The notes beneath the pieces were generated by a model, which had not been told where the DNA came from, did not search any database, and saw only the letters and a program-made list of their open reading frames with translations. From an uncultured Christensenellaceae bacterium (lineage in GTDB: Bacteria > Bacillota > Clostridia > Christensenellales > Borkfalkiaceae), in assembly GCA_910586825.1 (NCBI GenBank), contig CAJUJF010000010.1, forward strand, positions 5,589 through 69,588: a stretch of DNA of 64,000 bases, written 5' to 3'. Positions 36,474 through 45,055 of the stretch are shown here, piece by piece (position 1 is the stretch's first letter; each line of letters starts with the position of its first letter). The position numbers and the translations under genes are program-made.

Positions 36474-36830
36474 TTAACTTAGTTTGCGGATATTTTCCAC
36501 CGCGCATGCATAATCGACGCGGACTTGTTCGAACAAAGGAACGGTTTCCGGCGTATACTCCGTCTTTCCGCGAAGCGCTTCCGTCAGTTTGCTTGCGGAC
36601 TCCTGCAAACGCGTGAGGGATAAGTTCAAGCAAATCCCCTTTAACGTGTGCGCGGCGCGGAACGCCTCCTCCATGTTCTTCTCTTCCAAAGACCGGCACA
36701 GCAGCGCATAACTGCCGTCCTCGGCGACTTTGATCAGAAAGCGCACGATGCGCTCGTCCGATCTCAAACGGCTGAACGCCTCGTCGTAATTGGCGCCCAT
36801 TGCCTCGTAACATTCGCGAACCGTCATCAT
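36474..36830 (-). CDS. Stand-alone Hpt (histidine phosphotransfer) protein
   Basis: 118 aa, four-helix-bundle sized, with the phospho-His motif AAHTLKGICLNL (H-x-x-K-G). It starts 9 nt downstream of the response-regulator gene. Confidence 0.8.
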   Translation of the reverse strand: MMTVRECYEAMGANYDEAFSRLRSDERIVRFLIKVAEDGSYALLCRSLEEKNMEEAFRAAHTLKGICLNLSLTRLQESASKLTEALRGKTEYTPETVPLFEQVRVDYACAVENIRKLS

Positions 36831-36839
36831 CTATCTCCT

Positions 36840-38903
36840 TTACCGTTCGTCTTTCCGCTGATCGGCGGAAGGCAGAACGGATTCCATTGAATCGTCATAA
36901 AAACAGTAATTGCATTTCGAGCCGCGCTTTACCGTATATTGCGCCGTGTCCGCCATGCGGAACAGCGCGTCGTAATCGCCGTCAAAGTTCTCGGTGCAGG
37001 CAACGCCCATGCTCACGCCGATTTTATAGCCCCTGTGTTCGACCGTGAGTCTGCGGAAGATACGGTCGATCTGTTCGCGAACCCGCTTCGTATACTCCAT
37101 GAAGATGATGAATTCGTCGCCGCCCATGCGCGCGCCGATATCCGTCGTACGGATATTCGCCTTGATGCGCGCGGCGACCGTTTCAAGCACCTCGTCGCCG
37201 AACAGGTGTCCGTATTGGTCGTTCGCCTGTTTGAAATTGTCGACGTCGAAGAACGCGAGCGCATATTTCTTGCCCTTGCCCTCCGCGAGCCGTTCGTTGA
37301 TGATCCGCCGCGCCGCGTTGTGGTTCAAAAGTCCCGTGCGCGAATCGCGGTTCGCCTTGTCTTCCAGATTCTCCAACGCGATCGTATCGTCGTTGACGTC
37401 CATGATCTTGCCGATCGCGCCTTCGAATTCCGGCCGCTCGGAATCTCCCCACAATACCTTTGCAACGATCTTGTTCCAGGTCTTTTCGCCGTTGATTTCG
37501 AGCTGGCATTTTTCGATCAGGATCGGATTCTCCGGCGTCGTCGCGCGCAGGTGTTCGATAAAACGGCGGAAATTGTCCGCATCGAACATCTTGCACCAGA
37601 GCGGATCTTCCGAAGGATTGACAATCTTTTCGGGCATGCCGAGCGATTCCGCGCTCCACTCCGTGAGTTTGATCATCTCGGGCACGGCGTTGTATTCGAA
37701 GGTGATCTCGCGGGAAATGTCCGAAAGATAGCGGAATTTCATGCGTTCGCGTTCGAGGAGCCGCACGCTGCGCGCCGTCATGTCCGGTCCGTCGTTTTTC
37801 AGGATCTGCTGAACGGTGTCCTGAATACTGCTGTCCGTCACCTGACCGAGCGAAAGCACGCTCAATTCGTGTTTCAGCTGATCGGCGTTCGCGCGCAGGC
37901 ACTCGATCAGAATGGGGTTAAACGTACCGCACTCGCCGTTCAGGATCATGCGAACCGCCTCGTCGGGCGAGAACGCCGCCTTATAGCAACGCTTGCTCGT
38001 GAGCGCATCGTACACGTCCGCGATCGCGACGACCTGCGCGGAAATGGGGATATCGTCCCCTTTCAACCCGTCGGGATAGCCCTTTCCGTCGTAACGCTCG
38101 TGGTGCCAACGGCATATTTCGTAACTGAACCGAATGAGCGCTTCGTTCTGACGGAACGGAATGTTGTCGAGCATCTTTGCGCCCTCGACGGTGTGCCGCT
38201 TCATGATCTCGAACTCTTCCGGCGTGAATTTGCCCGGTTTGTTCAAAATCTCGGATGGAACGGAAATCTTGCCGATGTCGTGCAAAGCGGATGCGTTTCC
38301 GATCAAACGAATGTCTTTGGTCGAGAGCGGATATTTGTCCGTCATCTTGACGAGCTGTTTGAGCAACATTTCGGTGATCGCGTGTACGTGAAGCACGTGC
38401 ATGCCGCTTTCGCCGTTGCGGAATTCCACGATATGGGAAAGAATTTCGATCATCAGCGAATTGTCTTTCTCTTTCTCGTAAATCTGCGAAGAGAGCATAT
38501 CGGACATTTCGCGCTGTTTTACGGTCAACAGATAGTTGCTCGCAACGCGGTGTTTTACAGTGCGCTCGTCGAACGGACGGCTGATGTAATCGATCGCGCC
38601 CAGATCGTACGCGCGGTCGATGTACGTGCCGCCGGCTTCGGCGGAGATCATGATGACGGGGATCGTTTTGATCCAGCCCTTCTGATTCATCATCGCAAGC
38701 ACTTCGAACCCATCCATGACCGGCATGACGATATCGAGCAGTAAAAGCGATATCTCCAATTCGTGTTCTTGTAAAACCTGCAACGCCTCCATGCCGTTTT
38801 CCGCTTCGAGGATCTCGAAATCCTCGGAAAGCATATCCGCCAGAAGCGCGCGGTTCAATTCGGAATCGTCAACAACAAGTATGATTTTTTTCTCTTTTTT
38901 CAT
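36840..38903 (-). CDS. Response regulator with REC, HD-GYP, PAS-like and GGDEF domains (potentially bifunctional in c-di-GMP turnover)
   Basis: REC (ILVVDDSELNR, LLLLDIVMPVMDG). HD-GYP (ALHDIGK, HHERYDGKGYPDGL). GGDEF (RTTDIGARMGGDEFIIF) with an RxxD I-site five residues upstream. Confidence 0.9.
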   Translation of the reverse strand: MKKEKKIILVVDDSELNRALLADMLSEDFEILEAENGMEALQVLQEHELEISLLLLDIVMPVMDGFEVLAMMNQKGWIKTIPVIMISAEAGGTYIDRAYDLGAIDYISRPFDERTVKHRVASNYLLTVKQREMSDMLSSQIYEKEKDNSLMIEILSHIVEFRNGESGMHVLHVHAITEMLLKQLVKMTDKYPLSTKDIRLIGNASALHDIGKISVPSEILNKPGKFTPEEFEIMKRHTVEGAKMLDNIPFRQNEALIRFSYEICRWHHERYDGKGYPDGLKGDDIPISAQVVAIADVYDALTSKRCYKAAFSPDEAVRMILNGECGTFNPILIECLRANADQLKHELSVLSLGQVTDSSIQDTVQQILKNDGPDMTARSVRLLERERMKFRYLSDISREITFEYNAVPEMIKLTEWSAESLGMPEKIVNPSEDPLWCKMFDADNFRRFIEHLRATTPENPILIEKCQLEINGEKTWNKIVAKVLWGDSERPEFEGAIGKIMDVNDDTIALENLEDKANRDSRTGLLNHNAARRIINERLAEGKGKKYALAFFDVDNFKQANDQYGHLFGDEVLETVAARIKANIRTTDIGARMGGDEFIIFMEYTKRVREQIDRIFRRLTVEHRGYKIGVSMGVACTENFDGDYDALFRMADTAQYTVKRGSKCNYCFYDDSMESVLPSADQRKDER

Positions 38904-38906
38904 GTC

Positions 38907-40334
38907 TTACCCTTGCTTATTGCGTTTCGCCAGTTTTTTGAAAATGACGCTGTTTTCCCTGCCGTACTCCGTCGCCTCGTTGCAGTCCTTATTGAGCTTT
39001 GCGGCGCATTCCTGCGGCGTAAGCCTGCCGGAGAGCAGATTGAATATCCCTTTGTAGAATACGTTTCTGACCGAATTGTCCAACCCCTGCCAGTTGGGAT
39101 TTCCGCGCATGAAATGGATCACGTTCGGAATATTTTTGGTAAATTGATCGATCATGAGCATATTCTGCGCTTCCTGCTGTTCGGTGACCCGTTTGCTGGC
39201 GGAAATACTGCCCGAAGAAACGTTGAGCCATTCCTCGGTCTCGTAGATGAATTTCACGAAATCCTTTGCGGCGGCAAGCTTGCGCGCGTCCTTGTTGTCG
39301 AAAATTTCGAAACCGGTCACAAACCTCGTCGCGATTCCGCCCGTCAGGCTCGGAAAATTGACGTAACCGCATTTCGCGACTTCCTCTTCTCCTTGCAGAT
39401 AAACTTCGCAACCGATATTGAAGACGTAGAACGCGATCTGCCCTTCGTGAAAGAGCCTGTCGCAATCGCTCAACGTAAAATTCTGAGGGTGCGGCATATA
39501 CCAATTCCGCTCGATCCCGCTTTGCAGCCATTCCAATCCCCGCAACGCCTCCGGCTCGTCGAAATGAAAATAGCCGTCGTCGTCGACCAGCGATACGCCG
39601 AACCCGCTGATCAGCGCCATGATGTGCGAATCGCCCTGATTGTCTTTGGCGTACATCATCGTGGGCGCGTATTTTTTATCCGTCTTCTGCGCCATGCCCG
39701 CGCCGAGCGTATCCAGCACGTATTCCCATTCGTCGATGCTCCAAGTCTGAATGATGCCCGTTTCGTCTTCCACGAATTCGTCCAATCCGTATTCGCGGAG
39801 AATCGCCTTATTGTACATGAGAATGTTCTGCCGCCCCAGATACGGCAACATATACACCTCGCCGGCGACCTCTCCCCATTCCACGTAACCGTCTTTCAGA
39901 TCGGCGCGCGCGGATTCGGAAAGCAACCCTTCGAGCGAAATCGCGTTTCCGGAATGCACGTACGTGATCATATTATAAAAATCGTCGTAGAGAACGTCCG
40001 CCGCATCTTCCGTTCCGAACATATCCGTTACGAAGCGTTCTTCTTCGCCGTCCGGAAACATATTCACGGTGATCTCGACCTTATCTTTTTTATACTGCTC
40101 CGTGAACGCCTTTGCGGCAAGCGAGAGGAAATCTCCGCTCGTCGCGATCTCCGCGTTCGAAATTGCCGACGGAGTCGACATACGGATCAGCGGCGTTTTG
40201 ACGTTGATCCGGACGGTATCGTCCCCACCGTCGTTTCCGCAACCGCCGAGCGCAAAAAGCGAGAATCCCAAAACGGCGGAAAGCGCCGTGCAAATAATTC
40301 TTTGTCTTTTCATAAGAAAACTCCTCTTATTCAC
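38907..40334 (-). CDS. Extracellular solute-binding lipoprotein (ABC SBP family 1-like), orphan
   Basis: Lipobox FSLFALGGCGNDGG. At 475 aa it has the size and character of an SBP. No permease or ATPase genes are adjacent. There are 3-nt gaps to both flanking signalling genes. Confidence 0.8.
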   Translation of the reverse strand: MNKRSFLMKRQRIICTALSAVLGFSLFALGGCGNDGGDDTVRINVKTPLIRMSTPSAISNAEIATSGDFLSLAAKAFTEQYKKDKVEITVNMFPDGEEERFVTDMFGTEDAADVLYDDFYNMITYVHSGNAISLEGLLSESARADLKDGYVEWGEVAGEVYMLPYLGRQNILMYNKAILREYGLDEFVEDETGIIQTWSIDEWEYVLDTLGAGMAQKTDKKYAPTMMYAKDNQGDSHIMALISGFGVSLVDDDGYFHFDEPEALRGLEWLQSGIERNWYMPHPQNFTLSDCDRLFHEGQIAFYVFNIGCEVYLQGEEEVAKCGYVNFPSLTGGIATRFVTGFEIFDNKDARKLAAAKDFVKFIYETEEWLNVSSGSISASKRVTEQQEAQNMLMIDQFTKNIPNVIHFMRGNPNWQGLDNSVRNVFYKGIFNLLSGRLTPQECAAKLNKDCNEATEYGRENSVIFKKLAKRNKQG

Positions 40335-40337
40335 GCG

Positions 40338-42557
40338 TTAATTCCCCGAATGTTTTTTTAAACTGATCGCTTCCATCTTTTGCAGGAATACCTTCACGTC
40401 GATCGGCTTGGTCAGGAAATCGTTCATGCCGCTCTGCATCGCGCGCACGCGGTCCTCTTCGAACGTATTCGCGGTGCATGCGAAAATCGGAACCGTCTTC
40501 GCGTCTTCGCGGTCGAGTTCGCGGATCGCTTTCGACGCCGCGCAACCGTCCATGATCGGCATGCGCATATCCATAAGAATGATGTCGTATTCGTTTAGCT
40601 CGGAATCGGAGAACATCTGAACCGCTTCGCTTCCGTTATTTGCGTGGGACGCGACAAACCCCGCTTCCCCGAGAATTTCGAGCAGGATCTCCGCGTTGAG
40701 TTCGTTGTCTTCGGCAACGAGAACGCGCGTGGGACGGTTGGTGTCCTTCTGCTTGGTAATCGGAAGCGACATATCCCGACCGTCGGAATACTGCATGTAA
40801 TCGGGCATTTCCGAAATTTCGGCGGGAATGGTTACGGTGAACTTGCTTCCCTTTTCCAGCTCGCTCTCCACCACGATCTGTCCGCCCATCGCGTCGACCA
40901 GCAGTTTGCTGATTGCCATGCCGAGTCCCGTTCCCTTGACGCTGTTGCTGTTGCGGTTGCGCTCCTGCGAGAAAGAATCGAATATCTTTTTCAGGAACTC
41001 CTTGCTCATTCCGCATCCGCTATCTTCGCAGACGAATGTCGTGGCGACCCGCTTGTCGTCGATTATTTTCTGGTGCAACGAGAGTTTGATAAACCCGCCT
41101 CTGGGCGTGAACTTCGCGGCGTTGCCGACAATGTTCATGAGCACCTGCTTGATGCGCACTTCGTCGCCGTAAACGCAGGGCGCTTTGATGTCGATATCCG
41201 TGATGAACCGCACGCCGCGCGATTCGATATTGTCGCGTTGCATCGACCAGATCGCGTCCATGACCGTTTCGAGCAGAAGCGGCTCGTGCGTGAGTTCCAC
41301 TTTCCCCGCCTGCAACTTCGACATGTCGAGCACGTCGTTTACAAGCGACAGGAGATAGTTGGCGGTGCTGTGCGATTTTGCAAGCCATTCTTTGATCTGT
41401 TCCGCCTTTTCGGGGTCGTTGATCGACTGCAACACCAAGTAGTTCAATCCGACCAGCCCGTTGAGCGGCGTCCGGATCTCATGGCTCATATTGGAAAGGA
41501 ATTCGCTCTGCGCCCGTTCCTTGGCAAGCGCTTTGACCGCGCGGTTCTGCGTGATCATGACGAACAGCAACGCAACGATCACGATCAAGAGAACGATGAC
41601 CAACTCTATGATATTGAGCGTGATCAACGAAGAACTCCATTCGTCGAACACCGCTTCGTTGACCGACATGATAAAGTACCATTCGATGCCGCTATCCTCG
41701 AACGGAGTGCAATAGGCGAATCTGCGGACGGGATCGCCGTCCTCGCGGTCGGTGCGGTAGAAACTGAACGTCTCGCTTGCGCTCATCTTTTCCGCAACCT
41801 GTTCTTTGGTAAAATCCGACTGATCGCAGTTTTCGATATACGTAAACAGATTGCGCGTCTGATTCAGATATCCGGTGCGGTAAGCGTCTACGATAAAGTT
41901 GCCCGACTTATCCACGACGGCGCTGTAACCGCGCGGAGAATTGCCTTTATGGAAAATATCGATGACCAATCCGTCCTGAATCGAACTCACTTTCGTAAAA
42001 CCGAGCAGAAAAGACATCTTCTTTCCGCTTACGACCAGATCCCCGAGATTTTCTCCGTTGACGTCGCGTAAGGCAGACACATTGATCCCGTAAACGAGAT
42101 ATTCCTCTTCCTCGTTTTCGCCGACCCAATCGTAATGGAACACCGTGTTGCTCAACACTTCTTCGTTACGTATAAAATGCGCCGAAAAATCGTACTCTTC
42201 TTTATCGAGAAAGAGAAACGTATCGGTGTACGCCGTTCCGTCTTCGCCGACCAGATACACGTAGTCGAACGAACTCTCTTCCCGCTCTTGCAGGATATAT
42301 TCCTGAATATCCTGAATATATCTATATTCCTTGCGGTGGAGTCGCTGACCCATACGATCCAAAAAATCCCAATTGTGATTGATATACGTGTTGATCGCGT
42401 TGCGGTCGTGCTTCACCATTTCGCTGATCATCTGTACGGTATTGGTATGCACCACGCCGTCCAGCAACGCGATGTAGACGACCGCAACGACAAAAACGAC
42501 GCATGCAATGATCGTCGCAACCGCGATATGTAAAACTCGTCTTTTTACTTTTTCCAT
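40338..42557 (-). CDS. Hybrid sensor histidine kinase (extracytoplasmic sensor, HisKA, HATPase_c, REC)
   Basis: TM1 (IAVATIIACVVFVVAVVYIALL), then ~270 aa outside, then TM2 (IIELVIVLLIVIVALLFVMI). H-box SHEIRTPLNG and HATPase motifs (DSGCGM, GTGLGMAI). C-terminal REC (VLVAEDNELN, IILMDMRMPIMDG). I chose the ATG at 42557 (MEKVKRR) because GGAG lies 6 nt upstream. Confidence 0.9.
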   Translation of the reverse strand: MEKVKRRVLHIAVATIIACVVFVVAVVYIALLDGVVHTNTVQMISEMVKHDRNAINTYINHNWDFLDRMGQRLHRKEYRYIQDIQEYILQEREESSFDYVYLVGEDGTAYTDTFLFLDKEEYDFSAHFIRNEEVLSNTVFHYDWVGENEEEEYLVYGINVSALRDVNGENLGDLVVSGKKMSFLLGFTKVSSIQDGLVIDIFHKGNSPRGYSAVVDKSGNFIVDAYRTGYLNQTRNLFTYIENCDQSDFTKEQVAEKMSASETFSFYRTDREDGDPVRRFAYCTPFEDSGIEWYFIMSVNEAVFDEWSSSLITLNIIELVIVLLIVIVALLFVMITQNRAVKALAKERAQSEFLSNMSHEIRTPLNGLVGLNYLVLQSINDPEKAEQIKEWLAKSHSTANYLLSLVNDVLDMSKLQAGKVELTHEPLLLETVMDAIWSMQRDNIESRGVRFITDIDIKAPCVYGDEVRIKQVLMNIVGNAAKFTPRGGFIKLSLHQKIIDDKRVATTFVCEDSGCGMSKEFLKKIFDSFSQERNRNSNSVKGTGLGMAISKLLVDAMGGQIVVESELEKGSKFTVTIPAEISEMPDYMQYSDGRDMSLPITKQKDTNRPTRVLVAEDNELNAEILLEILGEAGFVASHANNGSEAVQMFSDSELNEYDIILMDMRMPIMDGCAASKAIRELDREDAKTVPIFACTANTFEEDRVRAMQSGMNDFLTKPIDVKVFLQKMEAISLKKHSGN

Positions 42558-42575
42558 AACCGCTCCGAATAGATC

Positions 42576-42593
42576 TTGCCGCCGCGGCGGCAA
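42576..42593. promoter_or_regulatory. 18-nt perfect GC-rich palindrome in the 5' UTR of the kinase operon
   Basis: TTGCCGCCGCGGCGGCAA lies ~20 nt upstream of the kinase RBS. It could be an RNA hairpin or a protein-binding site. Confidence 0.4.
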
Positions 42594-42626
42594 CTCAACG
42601 ATATCGGGCAAAGCCCGTACATAATT

Positions 42627-42655
42627 ATTTTATCATATTTATTTACAATACGCAA
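42627..42655 (-). promoter_or_regulatory. Sigma-A type promoter of the kinase/SBP/RR/Hpt operon
   Basis: Minus strand reads TTGCGT, a 17-nt spacer, then TAAAAT preceded by TGA (extended -10). -35 at 42650-42655 and -10 at 42627-42632. Confidence 0.55.
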
Positions 42656-42726
42656 GAGTTTCGTTAAAATATCGCGACGGAAGCTTTGCTTTTTCTCGAA
42701 AAAACGTCTTTTTCCACCCTTTTTCC

Positions 42727-43614
42727 TTATTGGCGGAACAAATTGAGAAAACTCCGCAGCGAAAAATTCGTCGCCGCCGCCCGCGGAAGCGCGACCGCGA
42801 CCGAACGCGCGGGCATGGCGGGCTCCACGCGCAGTTCGACGAGCGATCCGCTTTCGAGTTCGTTCAAGGAATATTCCCGCGGAATGCAGCCGATCCCCAT
42901 TCCGCGTTCGACGAGCCGTTTCATGAACCCCCAGCTGTCGATCTCCACCGCGGGCAGAAGCTTTGCGCCGAGGCTTTCCGCATGCCTGTCGAGCGCGGCG
43001 CGCGCAACGGTGTTCTGCTCCATCAGCAAAAGCGGATACTTCTGCAAATCCCACACCGAAAGCGTGCCCGCGCGCTCCGGAAAGAACTCGCCGCCCGCAA
43101 CGAATACGTCGTGCAACAGCGCGATGGAATCGGTGATCACGATCCCCTCGTCCGGCGCGATGGGGAGATTGAGAAATCCGACGTCGCAACGGTCCGTTTT
43201 CATCAGCTCGATGATCTTGGGCGAGACGTCCGAAATCAGCTCGATCTTCACCTCGGGACAGAGACGGTTGTATTCTACGATCTTGTCGGCAAGCAAATAC
43301 TGAAAGATCGTCTCGGAAGCGCCGATGCGTAAAGTGCCCGTCGCGCACCCGCGCAGCTCTTCCAGCCGATCCTCCACGCCGCCGAGGAGTTTCAGCGCCT
43401 TTTCGACGTCGCCGAACACCAACTCCCCGCCCTGCGCGGTCAGTTCCATGCCCTTGTGCATGCGCTTGAAGAGCGGCGTCCCGAGCTGCGATTCCAACTG
43501 CTTGATCGCCTGCGACACGGCGGGCTGGGAGATATACAGTTCCTCCGCCGCCTTGGTGAGACTGCCGCACCGCGCAACGGTGTAGAACACTTTATACAAT
43601 TCGAGATTTACCAT
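42727..43614 (-). CDS. LysR-family transcriptional regulator
   Basis: HTH GSLTKAAEELYISQPAVSQAIKQLE plus a LysR substrate-binding domain. The ATG at 43614 gives 295 aa. The ORF-track extension upstream overlaps mnmE and is Arg-rich junk. Confidence 0.9.
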   Translation of the reverse strand: MVNLELYKVFYTVARCGSLTKAAEELYISQPAVSQAIKQLESQLGTPLFKRMHKGMELTAQGGELVFGDVEKALKLLGGVEDRLEELRGCATGTLRIGASETIFQYLLADKIVEYNRLCPEVKIELISDVSPKIIELMKTDRCDVGFLNLPIAPDEGIVITDSIALLHDVFVAGGEFFPERAGTLSVWDLQKYPLLLMEQNTVARAALDRHAESLGAKLLPAVEIDSWGFMKRLVERGMGIGCIPREYSLNELESGSLVELRVEPAMPARSVAVALPRAAATNFSLRSFLNLFRQ

Positions 43615-43616
43615 CG

Positions 43617-44906
43617 TTATTTCCCTACGCAGAATTTTTCGAAAATTTCCGCGATCACCGCTTCGGACGCCGTTTCTCCGCTGAACGAACCGAGTTCGTG
43701 CCAGACGCGGCGCATCCCCTCGGCGTACAGTTCGGGCGGAAGTCCGCCCTCCGCCGCCGCAAGCGCTTCGTCCGCCGCTTCGCAGGCGGCTTTCGCCGCG
43801 CGGTAATGCCGTTCCTCCAATACGAACACGTCGTTTTCCCTTCCGTAACCGCGTTCGAACATCAGCCGTTTGAGTTCGGCGATCCCCTCGCCCGTCAGCG
43901 CGGAGAGCGCGAGATCGCACCCGCTTTTCTTGCCGAGATCGCATTTCGCGCCGACGACGATCACCGGCGTCTCCGCGGGGAATCCGAAATCCCCGTCGCC
44001 TTCCTCTTTCAGATACACGATCAGATCGGCGGAGCGGATCGCGTTTCCCGCGCGGCGGATCCCTTCCCGCTCGATTTCGTCCGCGCCCGCGCGAATCCCC
44101 GCCGTATCGGTGAGATTGAAACGGACGCCGCCGATCTCCAACGTTCCATCCACCGAGTCCCGCGTCGTACCGGGGACGGATGAAACAATGGCGCGGTCAT
44201 AGCCGAGCAACGCGTTCAGAAGGGAACTCTTCCCCGCGTTGGGGCGGCCGCAAAGCGCGACGTTGACCCCCGCCTTGATCTTTCTGCCGCAGCGGTATTG
44301 TTCGATCAGTTTTCCGAGCGAGGCGCGCACTTCGCGCAAACCGCGCACCGTCTCCGCGCGGGAAGAGGCGTTCAGATCCTCTTCGGGATAGTCGATATCC
44401 GCTTCGACGCCGGCGAGACAGGTCTTGATAAGTCCCTGCAAACGCTTTCCCTCTTCGGTCAGCCGCTCGGTATACAGAGAATATCCCGCCCGCACCTGCG
44501 CCTGCGATTCCGCGTCGATCATGTCCGCCATACCCTCCGCCGCGGAAAGAGAGAGTTTGCCGTTGAGAAAGGCGCGCTTCGTAAATTCGCCGCGCTCCGC
44601 AAGCCGCGCCCCGAAGAACAGCGTGCGCGCGAGCACCCCGCGGGCGATTTCCGTCCCGCCGTGACAGTGAAACTCCACGACGTCCTCGCCCGTAAACGAC
44701 TTCGGCGCGCGGAAATAAACGCACATTCCGTAATCCCCGAAGTCGCCGCAGTCGATTTCGCCCGCATACATCGTATTGGGCGCGAATTCCGCCTTGCGGG
44801 AAAACATTTTTTTTGCGACGTCGAGCGCGCCGCGCCCGCTCATCCGTATGACCGCGACCCCGCCGCGCCCCTGCGCGGTCGCGATCGCGGAAATAACCTC
44901 TTCCAT
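43617..44906 (-). CDS. mnmE: tRNA modification GTPase MnmE
   Basis: N-terminal AIATAQGRGGVAVIRMSG. G-domain motifs GRPNAGKSSLLNAL and DTAGIR. C-terminal FCVGK motif. I prefer the ATG at 44906 (GGAG 9 nt upstream) over the TTG at 44939. Confidence 0.9.
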   Translation of the reverse strand: MEEVISAIATAQGRGGVAVIRMSGRGALDVAKKMFSRKAEFAPNTMYAGEIDCGDFGDYGMCVYFRAPKSFTGEDVVEFHCHGGTEIARGVLARTLFFGARLAERGEFTKRAFLNGKLSLSAAEGMADMIDAESQAQVRAGYSLYTERLTEEGKRLQGLIKTCLAGVEADIDYPEEDLNASSRAETVRGLREVRASLGKLIEQYRCGRKIKAGVNVALCGRPNAGKSSLLNALLGYDRAIVSSVPGTTRDSVDGTLEIGGVRFNLTDTAGIRAGADEIEREGIRRAGNAIRSADLIVYLKEEGDGDFGFPAETPVIVVGAKCDLGKKSGCDLALSALTGEGIAELKRLMFERGYGRENDVFVLEERHYRAAKAACEAADEALAAAEGGLPPELYAEGMRRVWHELGSFSGETASEAVIAEIFEKFCVGK

Positions 44907-45055
44907 ATCTATAAGCTCCGTGAATCGCAAAACGGGCAATTCCGCCCTGCGACATAATTATATATTATATTGTATCACGCTCGCGGCAGTTTGTAAACCG
45001 ATTGAAAGAACTTTCAACGGACAAAGAAAAAGCCCCCGGAAGGAGGCTTTGAATT

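Noticed and set aside
43615-43944. N-terminal 110-aa extension of the LysR ORF, and the 341-aa ORF at 42545-43570.
   Set aside because: The extension overlaps the mnmE coding region and is Arg/Gly junk. The LysR HTH begins right after the ATG at 43614. The 341-aa ORF is an alternative frame of the LysR gene without motifs.
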